DNA of 64,000 nucleotides from contig OZ038378.1 in assembly GCA_964036045.1 (NCBI GenBank), positions 4,898,001 to 4,962,000 of the forward strand, given 5' to 3'. Below the pieces are notes generated by a model, which was given only the letters and a program-made list of their open reading frames with translations, was not told where the DNA came from and ran no database searches. Source of the stretch: Eutreptiella sp. 'Long Island Sound 2002'. Its lineage: Eukaryota; Protista; Euglenida. Below, one piece after another: positions 35,700 to 49,115 of this stretch. Within the stretch, counting starts at the first letter, position 1; each line of letters begins with the position of its first letter. Both the position numbers and the translations under genes were made by a program.

Positions 35700-37360
35700 T
35701 TCTTCCCCTGTGGCGCACCTGCTGAAGCACTCCCACAGCATGAAAACAAATCAAAAAAAAATTGCTGGTGGCAAAGGGGTTGGCGGGGGCTGCTTTGCGC
35801 CTCACCATCGAATGAAATACAGTGTCTTCTTTGGAGCAGGAGCTGTTGGGCACGTAAGCAGCGGGGTGTCGGAGCAGGAAATTTCTCTGGGGGAAGGGGG
35901 TACGTGCCTGTTGAGCACAGCACCAAAAATCATTGCAACTGCAGACAGTTCCAGAAATTGCTGGTTCCCGCGAATCTATCCCATTTTTATCCCCCTATCC
36001 CACAAATCTGCCTCGCTACCAATTCCAGCTGATCCGTGCCAGTTACAAGGATTCCTCCCCGAGCACCCCCACCGCTTGCGGGCGTCTTTCTGGTGAGACT
36101 ATGAGCAGCTGGTCCATATAAATTTCTTTTGTGCAGGGAGGGCTTCGAACTGAGGGCTGCTGGTTTCCATCGCTGTTGCTGTTGCTGGGGTTAGATGATT
36201 TTCAGGCTGTTCAAGTCCCAGCTTCACCAGGGCGTCAATGTGGGAGCAGAAATGAGGTTTTGCATCGAAATCACCGGACCAAAAACACGAAGACGTACAC
36301 TGGACGACCTGGGCAAGGACAACAATTTTACACTTTGCACCGTGGGCCCGTACTGCAGTCCCTTGCATGGCATGATCATTCGTGCAGAACCCCGTGGAGT
36401 GCTTTCCAACCGCGCTGTTTGTGTGCCTACTGCATTTTGATGTGGGAAAATGACCTGCTTGGTGCCTTTGATGAGTGGACGGCATTGGTGGACGGCACGG
36501 ACTCTGTTTATGATCCCTGCAATCCATATGCAACCTGAAAATGTCCATACAATTCTGTAAGGCATGTCTCCACCACCACACACGCTGGTAGTAGTGCCGT
36601 CTCTTGTATTCTGTTTGCTGTGCTGTGCTGGGATGTATGACCTCACCCATGTGGTGTGCATATTGTGTGCAGCAAACCAGAATTTGCTTGAGAATGCAGC
36701 CGCACTTTTCGATACTGGCTGTGGCACAACTCTATGCAGCTTTTTCGCCCATTTTCCGGATTGCAGCGTTCAATTTTTCATGATTGTGTGAAGCCATATG
36801 CAGCGCTGATGGAGGTTGTGGTGATGCACAGTGATGTCGTGCTGTACCCCAACCCCTCCTTCTTCAGACTCTGCATGTGCCATCCCTCAAAGGATACAGT
36901 GTGTCCAGCATCAAATCAGTGCGGCCATGGTTTTGTGTGCGTGGCGTTGTTTGTCCCAATTTGTGCGCAAAGGTGACAGGTGCCTCACAAGAAAGGTATG
37001 GATTGTGTGGGATGGTCCTATTTTTTGCTGCACTTCCCTTTCCTGCCGTGAGCATTGCATTCAGGAATGTTTTACAGCTTGGCCCTCTATTGGGCACTTA
37101 TGTGGGATCATGCCATCCAACCTACACTTGTTTCCTGCAGGCGTTCCTGGCACCCTCTAACTGGGGAAATATCAGTGAGGCAGTGTATTCTGCAATTTTT
37201 GCATGTTACTGCAATTGTGGCAGATCATGTGGAGCCCACCTCTATCTTATTTCTCCTGTTCAGGCTGTTTAGGGGTGTACAGGGGCTGTAAGGGGCTCCA
37301 ACCAGTTTTTCCATGCTTTGCACTGAGCGTTTGTATTGGCCATCACAAGCAGAAGTGCAT
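35700..37360 (+). pseudogene. decayed coding-like region, possibly a KDZ (Kyakuja-Dileera-Zisupton) transposase relic
   Basis: Fragments in shifting frames: GFLPEHPHRLRASF (CxC-like GlfP..P.rP..AF), CGHGFVC (CRHG-like), HxxxC near 37330-37350. Many stops. Confidence 0.22.
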
Positions 37361-37432
37361 ACACCACGAGCATAATAGCTGCGCTCTCGGACCTTAATGG
37401 GCTTGGAGCGTAGCTATTATGCTCGTGTATGC
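37357..37432. other. 76-nt stem-loop with about 27-bp stem
   Basis: gcatacac(cac)gagcataatagctgcgctc pairs with gagcgtagctattatgctcgtgtatgc (one G-U, one 3-nt bulge) around a 19-nt loop. The loop core ggaccttaatgggctt recurs at 37439-37454. Confidence 0.85.
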
Positions 37433-39078
37433 AAATGTGGACCTTAATGGGCTTGTGCCCTACTTAATATGAGCCACTTGACCGGTGTTCAAGTGGTGTA
37501 GGTATTGGGCCACTGACCATGGGGGGGTGGATCTCTGACATGAGTAGGCCTATGGAAAGGCCCGCCCAAAGGGGGCATGAGGTTTCAAGTGTTGGGCAGG
37601 GGGAGGGAAGGTAGAGCCCCCGAAAATTGGGGATGGGGGGTTGGAAGAGGGGGACCATTATTTACATGGGAGCCAAAGGCGCTGAAGGGAGCATTTTGTC
37701 GATGGTGGCCCCAAAAAACATCCATCATGTCCACAAAAATGTTGCTTAGATGACAGAATGCTTTTTCCCCCCAGGGTATGTGCATACAAGCCTGCCCCCC
37801 TAACCCGAATCAAGAGCTGATATTGGGACCAAGCCGGTGCAACATGCGCTAGCATTTTGCACATTTTACGCTGTGCACTCCATGCATCATTCCTGCCGTG
37901 CCCCTTGATGCATCATGCACTTTTCACACTTTCTGGTTGTTGTGAGGACAAATAGGCTTCGCAAGTGGATTGGCATGCTACAATAACACTCGGTTTTGGA
38001 TGTCCAAAAAGGGTATTGAATCATTTTGCCAATCATTTGCCTTTTTTTTTGTTTCATTTTTTGCAATGATTTTTTGAGACCAGAATGCCCTTGCATGGAC
38101 CAAATGGACCAGGATTGGTGATGGCCTGTGTCCCCAAAGTCCAGGACAATCACCAGTGTGTCATGCAGGCCTCTCCAACCAGGGCCGTTCTTCTTCCACA
38201 GCGACTGCGGCATCAAATGATTGCAAATGGGGGTTCACTGAGGCTTTTCTCACGCCATGGTGCCATGCGGTGGTCGGTGAAGATGAGCCGTTTTTCAATC
38301 AGGTTACGGTTAGGGAGAGGTGCTTACCAAGACAGAATTGTTTCAACTGCGCCCCCCCCCCCCCCCCCCGCCGCCACACCTTCAAATCCCTCCCCCATTG
38401 ACACCACAGGAGTTTGGGGGTTGGTTTCTTGGGGTTGGATGTTTTCATTTTGAGCCCTTTTTGGAGATGGGTTGGGGGGAGCAGGGGGCTCTATCAACCC
38501 CTGCCCGCCCCCCCGTCTTCCCAAGCCCCAGATTGAAACATTGCCCATCCCAGTGGTAGCTCTCACCTCCGTGAAGATGCCACTTTCGGGCGCCCCTCAT
38601 CCTCAGGTGAAATCACGCTGCTGAAAGATCCTGTGGAGCAGCGGAAGCCATGGAGTCTCCCATTGCTTCCTGCTCCATTGGATCTTTGAGCACTTGTGCC
38701 AGAGGACTTGTACTGGGTGAGATTCCTGTCCACTGGTGCAGAAACAGGTCAGGGCTAACTGGGAAGCTCGCATCGAGGGGAACCGGTGCTCGACTGGGAC
38801 TGAAAAAAGCGAGGGCATGACTGTTCGAGTAAAAGCGGACCCTGCCCTCCATAATGTGACGCCCACCCAGACGCATGCGCAGTATTGGCAAGTTTATTTT
38901 TACTGCCATGCTTCTTCCTGTAATTGCAAGATGTTGCAGTTTGTTTTTGTTGGACTGCATAGTGTACAACGCTGGGGTTCACTATGGATCTCTGGCATTT
39001 GCAATTCGCAAAACCACCACCCAGGGTGCCACAGCCCAAAATTGTTTCCCTTCTTAACTTGAGGCAAAGACACACATC

Positions 39079-39081
<3 letters not shown>

Positions 39082-39149
<68 letters not shown>
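39082..39149. repeat. (CA)n microsatellite
   Basis: Direct inspection. Confidence 0.97.
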
Positions 39150-39150
<1 letters not shown>

Positions 39151-39845
39151 ACGCCAAGGTTCAGCTCATGGTTTATCTGATGAATGTTAGGACCTTAGGA
39201 GTTGAAACTTGCAGTTTGTGCATGAATTGAATGTCTTGGGCCCCGCACCATACTCAGGGTCACCACAAAGTCAACACACCAGCAGGACACGCAAGAAATC
39301 GCCAGCAGCTCTCGATACAGAATAGCCCCTGAAACCGTGGGGCGGCTGCACATGAAGGGCGAATACGCTGCAGGCCAGAAAACCACAGGGCACAGGGACA
39401 CACACTGGTGCCTAAGCAGCAGCGTGTTATACTACAGTTGAAGGAGTTGACCACTTTTCCCCTGAACCATTTCCTGAGTGTGGTGCACTGCCTACTTCAG
39501 AAGGAAATGGCAGGTTATGGCAGTTCCTTCCGGCAGACACCATAAATGTTGCCTTGGTGTGCCATAGGGCACTGTTGGTATTTCTATTACGTCACACGTA
39601 CCTCTGAACTTCCGCTTTTGTGGGGGCCTGTCACCTTGGCAATGTGCCATGGTGTCCGTACGTGATGTGCCAGTTGGCGCCACCATGTACTGAGGGGCCA
39701 TCAATCTCCTGTGCCCATGTAGCGGGTGAAATTACAGAGAGAGAAAGAGAGAGAGAGAGATTCATATCCCTTGGCACACCATGCAATGGATGGCAAGACA
39801 CACACAACAGCAATAGATGCCTCAGAAAACCACCGTTCTTACTCA

Positions 39846-39926
39846 TTCCTTGAGGCCATGATGGTAGCCTTTTAAATGAATGGCTCGTTCCTTGAGGCCA
39901 TGATGGTAGCCTTTTAAATGAATGGC
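39846..39926. repeat. tandem duplication, 39-bp identical unit at 42-bp period
   Basis: ttccttgaggccatgatggtagccttttaaatgaatggc x2. Confidence 0.95.
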
Positions 39927-40899
39927 AACCCGGAAAAAAAATCACTGTGTCAACCCCCCCCCCCCCCCCACGTAACATCAGTGAAAGCAAAGACAATTCA
40001 GCACTAGAGTAGTCTTTTGAGCTGCTTGGAATGCACAGGTTGTGGGATGCTTAATTGAGTCACGAATCTGGCATTAGGGTAAGATCATGCTGGTTCAGAA
40101 ATTCAGAATCAGGAAGCTAACCGCCCCGCCCCTTTGCACGTGCACGGGCCAAATCCAAGAAAACAACAGCGACACGTGCCCCCTTGCTTGGACAAGGTGT
40201 GCACGTGCACAACACATACAGGTACTGGCGCCATTTTGCTACCCAATACAGGGCTCTGGGAACGAGAAAGCTACCCGCAATGGTGGGCGGAAGAAAGGCT
40301 TTGTGCTGGCAGCGGGCAAAAGAAGGCCATGTGGGGGTCCATGGCATTTTCCGCCCTGATCATGTTGAGGCAGATATGATGGGGGAAATTCTTGTTATGA
40401 CAATGTAAATGAATATCATAGGGACTTTCAAGCAGCACACTGTTCGTATTGGCTTGTCCACTTCATCCAGGAATTTCTCCCACAGAGGTACTGTCAGAAC
40501 AGGCCCACTGGAGCCAACCCAACCCCAGAATTTCCAGCAGCGAGCTGCTCCTGCCTCCAGGCCTGTTTGAGGCCCAAATTTTTAGCCATCACTGTTCCTC
40601 AGACTACCCTTTCACAAGGGCCCAGATATCTAAGCCCCTTTCCCCTTAACCCTTAGGGGGCTCAAACGAAGCCCCCCCCCCCCCCCACCCCCACTTTCCT
40701 ATGCAATTCCCTGCCACGCATGCAAGTTGACCATTGCTTTGCATATTGTTCTGGGGACTTAGATGCATGGATGGCAGTGATTTCCCTCCACCCCCCACCC
40801 CACCCCCACCCCTTCACACGATGAGTAGCGCTCACACTGCACTGCCACGCATCAGCCCTCTACAGTTTTGTGGAGGCACGCCTCCACAAATCACAACCA

Positions 40900-41640
40900 A
40901 GTGTTTGGAACCCCAAATCTACTCCATTCATGGTTCAATCCTGCCCCACAACCACGCACCTGTGTTTCCCAACCCAATACACTGTTGCCCATGGTTTTGA
41001 TGAAGGTGATGACAGGCTGGCTGCTTGCTGGCCAATTACATTGGCTGTTGGTAAGAGGCGTTTTACAGTGGTGTGCCTGGGCAGGGAATGTGTGTGCATA
41101 TCCCATGTTGAGGATTCCGAATATCAGCTCCTCTCCAACCAGTGAACGGATTACCAGTTATGCATTCCTCAAAGATGTTATTATTGGCACTGTTTTTTGG
41201 AATAACAGGAAAGTAGATATTTGAAAAAGAGTTTCTTGCTATTGTTTTGAGATCCAATTCATCAGGCATCGGGCTTAGGTACCGAATAAATTGATTCCCG
41301 AATGGCGTGTCCAACAAACACTCCTGTTTCGGACCTTATTTTTTGAGGATTTCGTTGTTGGCTGGACATGGTTTGGGGGGGGGGAGGGGGGGTTTAGATG
41401 GCCCATGTGTCAGCGACGTTTGTTCGGATGTTTTTGTGGGGCAAAATGTTGATTCTTTGTGTCCGGGATGTTGTTGGCACCGGTGGAAGATTTCTCATTT
41501 ATTGGTATCCCTCTTGAGGCCACAGATTTGAGGAGAGGGGTGCCATTTTCGCCAATCAGGAAATCATGTTTGGATGCAAGCAGGCAAGCCAAGCCAGCAT
41601 CATTATCTGCTCTCAAGCTTCATCGTGTGCATTGGGAACC
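40900..41640 (-). mobile_element. decayed RT N-terminal (motif 1-2-like) remnant
   Basis: GYAHTFP...SSQPVITFIKTMG resembles the RT motif 1-2 pattern LPxxYxxPK...RPIISF. Truncated and frameshifted. Confidence 0.25.
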
Positions 41641-42859
41641 ATGGACATGCAGATGCCCAGGCCACAATGTGGAGAGGCATGCGGCGGGTGGGGGGGGGGG
41701 TTAGGGAATGTTGGTTTGGTTCCCAACTCATTATGGTAGGGGCGAGAAAACTCCCCAGTTAAGGTGAACCTCAGGTGTTCATCGCAGAAATTGGGGTTTT
41801 CGTGACGAAGGTGACAAGGGTGGGGGTTCCTCCCCGTTTGAGGGGGGATTCGGCCACCTGACGGGGGGGGGGGGGGGGCTTTTTACTAGTAGTCCATGGT
41901 TTCCATGGGGGCCATTGTGGGCATGTGTAGCTCTATATTGGATTTTGTCAACCCATTTGCCGATTGTCTACATGTCGTTGTGCTGTACAACATGTTTGCA
42001 AGGTGTAAAGTTGGAAAAACAACATGGCTATTTTTGATGCAATGAGTGTCGGGGACGCCAGATGGCAAGGACTATGTAGCCATTTTGCCCACATGCAACA
42101 AAACGGAACAAGGCAACAGAATTGAGCTGCAGGAAGCAAAGAGATGAAGGCATGGGTAGAACTGAAAAGAGAGGAGGAACAAATATGGGGTTTCGCAGAG
42201 AATATTTTTTCGAAAAGTGGTTGTTAGGGAATGCCGTGCACACAGTGTGCACGCATTGCGAAGTTTTGGATGTTGGCACATATTTGGACCCTAATTTGGC
42301 CCGTTTTGACAAGTTTTTGGTTCCATACTGGATTTTTTTTTTGCTTCGTATGCATTTGGGATTTGGCACATTTGAACTGTCACCCTTTGTTGCCGATTTT
42401 GAACCATTTCCCCCTATTTTCCATCCCCCATATTGAATTCTCACCACTATAGCTCTCGGACTTTGAAGAGTTTGTGATACGGCTTTCATCCCCACCACAT
42501 CATTGTCCTCGCTCGCCATCAAACACGCTCAGAATCACCACCGCCCTTCTTTTCACCCTATTCATGGTCCCCATTAAGACTCATTACCCAAGAGACCACG
42601 GACAACGCATTCCCCGCGCTCCAAGTCAACGGACACCTCATCGCTGCCTCCAAGAGCGAAGCCACGGGCACCGAAACAATCGAAGCAAGCGGAGTTTACA
42701 AGGCTGGGTGGTTTGTTCATAGGACAGTGGAGTATCAAGTTGAAGGCAGTTTTGTTGTTCTCATGTGGGCTTCGCTGTGCAACCAGTCGGGTGACAGGTA
42801 TTCTTGGGTGAGTATCCCGGCCTGTGCGTGCGCAGTATGCACGCAGTGCGCACGCAATG

Positions 42860-45810
42860 CAATAACTTGGCTTTAGATCAAGCGTAGGCGCCGGGGCATA
42901 CCCCGAGGTTTGGTGACGGATGTCCAATTTGTTGTATAATCATTTAAAAGACAAAGTCAACCTCTAACGAATTATTCAAATTGAGACCCATCTAGCTTTT
43001 TGTACTTTTTTGGGAAGTCGGGTGTGTGGTGGAGGGGTCCAAATGTTTTGGCATATTGCGGCTGCTTTGTGTTGATTTTGACCCAAGTCCTAAACAACCC
43101 TCCCTTTTTTTATTGTACGTGGACCGTTTAACGAATGGCAGCGGCTACGAGTCCGAACTCTGGGTACCCCCCATCCCCTGCTATGCGTGTTTGCGAGCGA
43201 GGATTTAGCCGTTTGTAGGCTAGCATGCATTGCTTGCAAATTTACAAAATCTTGGTTGCTTCCAAAACTTTTTAACCACTCGTGGATGGGTTAGGATCAT
43301 CATTGGGTGACCATAGAGCTATTTGAGCACCCGTGGGGACCAACGTAGTGGCTGCCAGGCCCATGTAGCCTGGGACATGCCCCCCCCGAAACAAGGATTG
43401 GGGCCTTTTTTGACGTTCGGAATTAGTTATTATTGTGCATTTCAAAAACTAAAACGGGGTAGCGATGTTTTTATCATTACAGAAACCGCTTATTGGTTTG
43501 GTTATGTATATCTAAACAAGCCTTGGTTATTGATACTTGGAACGTCCAATTATTAGGTGTACAGGTACTTCGAACAATGAAGAACCGCGTAACTATTTGT
43601 GACTTGATTGCCAATACCGAATGTTTACCCAAAAGACGAAACAGGTTATTCGTTTTTCGGCACAAAATGAAACTATAGGTTTCAAACAACAATGCTAAGC
43701 GGGTACTAGCTATTGGCAAAAAAAATTGTTTCCCAGTCCTAACCCGAAATCATGTTGCACAAGTTGTTAGATCAAAGGTAGGTAGGCCGGCATATATGGG
43801 AAACACCACATAGCCCCGTTTGCGTACCCTACGCCAATGGGTTTAATTGCTAGGTGGCGCATATGTAAACTCATGATTTTGTCCAATGAACACATCTTTC
43901 AATGAGTCTTTGTTCGGGACCTCGCTAGAATGATCCTGCTTGAAACTCATCTTTGAAAAAAGGGAGACTGGGGTGGAGCCAGTGTCGGCCAGGGGGTTCA
44001 AAAATTTCGGGACGGGCCTCCCTATGGGGCTCTACATGTAAAGACTAAGCAGCTTTTAAACTGGCATAGCAGGAGTGATTCTTGAGCAACCACCGACGAA
44101 CCCTAGGTGCTCTTGGAGTGTTGTTGGGTGATTATTTGGTGGTCATCGGGGTACATATAAGCCATATAGCACGAATGACCCCCTGTTCATGGTGCCTATA
44201 TGCCCTGAAAAGCGCCTTTTTGAAAAGCGCTTTTCGGGATTATGGTAGCAAGAGTTAGGAAGCCCATAGGCGCTCGTGTATGCAGATTCAAACCACAGTT
44301 CTACTTTTCTTTGAAGTGGACTGCCCAACTTATAGGGACGTAGTAGTGCAGAATATTTCATCATTCCCAATTGTTACAACATCAAATTGTTTTGAAAATT
44401 TTCTATTTTTGACCTGTAGAGGGCAGAACATTGCTTAAAGACTTAATGACCATACAAAATGCCATTGAACCACGTACAAACAGCAATTTTGAAGCTTTCC
44501 GGGAGGCCATGGCATGGACTAGGTGGGCCTAGTGGCCACTATGTGGGTCCCCATAGGTGCTCCAGTACCTGTATTGTCACCAATCGATCGGCCAGACTCA
44601 TGTCAGATCCAATCGGAAGAGTGCGGAAAAAGTCCAAATTTGGAAAATTTTGCAGTATCACTGCATAGCCTGTGCACGACTGCTTTTAATGTCTGTAGGC
44701 CTATGCGCACAGGCTGAGGAGCGGGGAGAGGGGGCCGATCAGAGGTCAGCCGCTCCGTGTCCCCGTAAAAGCTCCCCCACCTATGGAGCGCGGCGGCCAA
44801 AAAGGACGAGCGAGTCGGGACTATGTCTCTTCTCGGCTCTCACTCTCGTGGTGGCATGTTGGTTGCTGCCATCAAGTGCAATCCTCCGCAAACGGGTGGA
44901 CCATGTAAAGCCCAAGGCCAACAAGCCAACCTGTCTCCTTGCGTTGAGGAACACACGTCATCTAGATTGCCATGACGACGATGGTGTAGGTAAAGATGAT
45001 GATGAAGAAGAAATGCCCAGGCCCTCCTTGGGAAAGGGGGGGGCTACGCACTCCTGGGGGGCTACGCACTCCTGGGGGGCGTGGATTCCTCGGCCTTGCT
45101 CTTTATTTGTTGAACTGTACAATTGGGTAGTTTTTTTACGGCGGGTCCCTATTCTTTTCATTTCATCGCTGGTGCACATGTCATGCTGTACAACTGCCCA
45201 ACATGCAATGCCTGGGACAAAAGATAAATAGCGTAGTGCCATAGCTCGGTACCTAAAACATAGAAACTACAGGCATGTAACACTTGTAAAAATTAGCGAA
45301 GGAAACCATTTGCAGCATCACACAGAGGCTGAGATGGGAAAAGCAAGATAACCTTTCACTATCATTGTCAACCAATTGTCAAATGGTGCCAAAAAATTCC
45401 GCGGAGAAACTTTCGGCACCAATCTAAAAATTGAATTTTTTTCCGTGAAATGGTCCCCTGGCAGAATAGCTCCCCCCCGTTTAGGGGCAATGGAAAAGTA
45501 ATTTTGAAAAAAATTTCAGGTGCAACTAAATAGCCTAAGCAGTGTAAAAACAGCTAAACCCTCATTGGCAATGGGCGACAGGGGTTGCCTGGAGTTGGGA
45601 CCCGAGACCCTCGCTATGGGTTAAGGGGCCCACATACAACAAAAAAATTGTTCACGACCTAGGTGCAAATGTACACATGTGGCCACAATACGCAAAAAAG
45701 TTCGGACCGCCCCCCCGTCCCCCAAAAAAGGTACCCGGGTACGGGGGGCTATGGGGGTCAAAACCCCCCCAAAGTCGGGGGATCATTTTCGATTCTGAAA
45801 TGACGATTTG
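42860..45810. repeat. cluster of modules of the 9468-11544 composite repeat, in rearranged order
   Basis: ttagatcaagcgtaggcgc near 42870 (also near 11005). Arm module reversed at 43290-43370 and forward at 44505-44580. 43750-43960 is the reverse of 10700-10930, and 45590-45810 is the reverse of 11095-11330. Confidence 0.75.
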
Positions 45811-46259
45811 ACAAAAAGTGAGGCATCAAAAACCATACCTTGGTGTATGCTACGCCAGAATCCCCCATTAAAATCAGCCGGATGTGCACTTGTAATGGGC
45901 ACGCATGCCCAGGCTGAGTGTGCGAGTCCTGTAGCTTAGGATGCATCGCGCGCGTGCAGAAATAAAAGATTTTCCGTGCATGAAAAGCGCTGTTTTACAT
46001 GCACGATACCGTGAATGAATTGTAGATTATTACACAGAATTATTGTGTTATATTTCAGGGTATTTTTACCCATATGAACAGTTTTGAACGTTTGAACAAA
46101 TGAGGTACTGTTCGTGATTTGCATGTTCCTGCCGTGCAGCCGGTCAGTGCCTTACAGCACTGAAGATCCCTGATTTCTACCATAAAACTTCGACAAAAGC
46201 CTCCCTAATTGTACCAAACCCCCCCCCCCCCCGGGCTTTGTACCACCCCCTCTCCCAAT

Positions 46260-46311
46260 GTACCGAAAAACCCCCTCCAAAATGTATCAATTTTGGAGGG
46301 GTTTCTGGTAC
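46260..46311. repeat. short inverted repeat (about 22-bp arms, 6-nt loop)
   Basis: gtaccgaaaaaccccctccaaaat-gtatca-attttggaggggtttctggtac. Confidence 0.8.
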
Positions 46312-46399
46312 CTTTTATGCGGCGTTTTTTTGGTACCTTTTGCAACTTATTGGAGGGTGCTTTGGTACAGAAACTTCACCACCTAGCAATACGATTCCT

Positions 46400-48580
46400 T
46401 TTGCTCTTCCTCTTTGACTATGACCTTGGAAACACGCGGCATGGGATGATTTGCAATGAAACGCGCCCAAAGAGGGTGCTTCCAAGGGTGCAAAAAAGCA
46501 CCCTTTGGGAAGAATGAGGTGAAAAGATACGTTATTCCGTTCACATCTTGATCCGGACTGCAAGAGCTGCAACGTCTCCCTCATTTACTTGGGTGGAGCA
46601 AATTGGACAACCACCAACGGTAACTTGTACTTCCAACACCCATTCCAGCATTGCTCCATGCAGAACTCGGTGTGGCGGCACTGTTCAGCATTGGTCACTT
46701 CCATGCATTCCCCATAACAAGAATCTGCCAGAAATTGCATGCTTCTGTGCAGCATGGATGCTGTGGCATCGGCCTGCCTGGGCGGCACCCAACTGCCGGA
46801 TGCTACATTTCCTGTCAATTCCGCTAATGAATATCGCTGTGGTCTACAGCCTGGTGCTACTGATGAGGGGTCTACCTGAGAGACTATTTGCAGCACTCGT
46901 TTCAAAATGTTGATTGCAACGCTGATTTTGGGATTGGCAACACCAATCTTGGCATCAGAAGGACCCGAAAAGTTGGCATGCTATGCAATCATCACACCAA
47001 ACCCACCCTGACACCACAAAATTTGTAACGCCAACACCAGTTTTTGGGACTCCAACTTGTACCACCTTTGCACCCCAAAGATAGTGGAACAGATGAGAAA
47101 CATCAACCGGTTAAAATTACCACAAATCACTGATACCGCACTTCTGTACCTCAACCCTTGTCCTGTGGCCATCACTAACACCAATAACAGAGCACTGCAC
47201 CTGCCAATGACCAAAAGTCCCCCCTTGACGAAAACAACTTGGGCACAAATGTGTGGTGCAGAAGCAGAAGAAACAATGAAATGTAACATGAATCCGACTG
47301 AGAGTCTAGAGATTTTGCATTGGGAGATTCTGCATTGGGAACATGGGCAATGCACTGTGGCCATGAATCTGGGCTCCCCTTTGGCCGAATGTCTTGGAGG
47401 TTCTACACAGAGGTGTTTCAGGGATTACGATGCATTTCTCACTACTTCAAACGGGCCAGAAGCCTCTTTCAACCTCTAGAAAACTTCTCTGCCCATGCCA
47501 AAGCAGCTCTGCCCATCAAACTCTGTGTATAGCCCTCTTACCCTGGAAATGGTGAAGCCTCGTAGATGGTTGAATCACGTCTAACCTGCGTTTCAATGCC
47601 AAGCCCTCGTTTGCACAGCAAACGGTAGTGAGAATCAAACAAGGCCATGACTAATCAAAGGCGTGCCAGAGATGTGACTGGTGTCTGTGCACCCGAACGT
47701 ACATAGACATGCTCCAGAGGCTGAAGTTGTGAATCGTGGTTGAAAGGCCAAAAATGTTACAACTTTGATCACAGCTGGTGTAACCAGCAAGGTTTTACAT
47801 GTTTCAGGGTCACGTGTCAACCCCCCTTTCTGGCAGCAAACAAGCATGCTTTTCATCAGTGATGGGTGCCATATGCATTCAAAACCAACCCAGATGAAAA
47901 AAGAAGATATCCCGCACGGTTTGTCCCCCATTTGGCCCCTTGGTGAATGTGTTGTGTCCCAACATGGATGGCATGGGGCATTGAAAGTGGCCAATGGCAA
48001 CCCTACCCCTTAAGACCATTCCCTGGGAAAGGGGAGGTTCTCCTGAATGATTGTACCACTTGGACCAGGGTCATGAGACAAACCTAGCAGTGTGTCAAAC
48101 TCGCTGAGAAAATACCACCGGCCATGATTGTGCAGGTACTCCATTCTTTGCCCCAGTTCCTGTTTTGCTACTCTGTGCAATGGTTTCAAAAGCATAAACG
48201 CATGCTCTGGAATGCTGTGTGCAACCGTTTTCCCTCTTTCCTGGGCGCCCCCTCTATACCTGTGACAGGATATGTAGTATAGGGAGCAAAAAATCACCAT
48301 CCCATGCACAAGAGGTAAAGCTGTCTGATATTTGGGACCAAAAGCAGAAAGAAACCTTTTGACATAAGGTTTCATCCGAGGAGATTTCAAAACGGCACTA
48401 TCCCCCATCAGCACACGATGCAACTCTCGCCTACCAGCAAAGGAACGTACATTACCACACTCAGCACCAGAATTGAGGCTTAATGTGGGTGTTGAGTGAC
48501 AGTATGTGTCGTGCACGTGGAGTGACGGCGCAAATTGATGGTGAAGCATGGCAGTGATGGTGTGTGGTGACAGTATCAAT
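46400..48580 (-). mobile_element. decayed non-LTR/PLE-like RT element of a second lineage
   Basis: 189-codon ORF at 48010-48579 continues into W..GVGLPLA..PCHPCW...H...G..PCGISSF (motif 1-2-like), NHLRGFTIS (motif A-like) and FNRL (motif C position?). Many stops and frameshifts. Confidence 0.4.
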
Positions 48581-49115
48581 GTCAGTGGACATTGATTTCA
48601 CCCACTTATTCATGCCCCAGTGCTGGTGCCTCGTGCATTTATCACTTGAAATGTCCTTCTATCCTTCTTGCCCAAACATTGGTCCCTCACCCCCGTTCCT
48701 CCCTTGTTTAGTGGTGCCCAAGGATAAACTCAAGCGCTCGCAGTGAGCGAGCCGGCTGGCTGCTATTCTTACCATGGTGTGTGTGGGTCTTCCGCATTTT
48801 GATGTGCGAGGTCGCTGAGAGTGTTGGGGGTCAGACTGTCGCAGCCGTACCTGATTTCGACATTCTACACTCATCACATGCCCTCCACACCCCCCACAAC
48901 CCTCACAAACTCTGAATCGTTCGAATAGGCCTCGCCTGTTGCGTCGTGCTTGTTGCTTTGACCCTCCTGTGCACCCCGGTGCTCACTATGTGCCTGACGG
49001 AGTTCTCGTTCATTCTGAGCAGAAGCACCCTGCGCTTACTCCCTCGTTTCCCTGCTCCTGCCCTCGCCGACCTTCGACCATCACTAGTCCCAGACCGCGT
49101 ACGTGCTACAGCACG

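Noticed and set aside
36195-36230. GTTCAAGTCCC T-loop-like motif suggesting a tRNA
   Set aside because: No T-stem pairing or cloverleaf.
39468-39485. partial SL-like match (tttcctgagtgt)
   Set aside because: Lacks the 3' T-run; too short to be significant.
41230-41270. CTGATGA...GAAAC hammerhead-like core on minus
   Set aside because: Stem II does not close directly on the core nucleotides.
44557-45231. 224-aa plus-strand ORF
   Set aside because: Begins in a repeat module and contains a tandem duplication; no motifs or convincing splice context.
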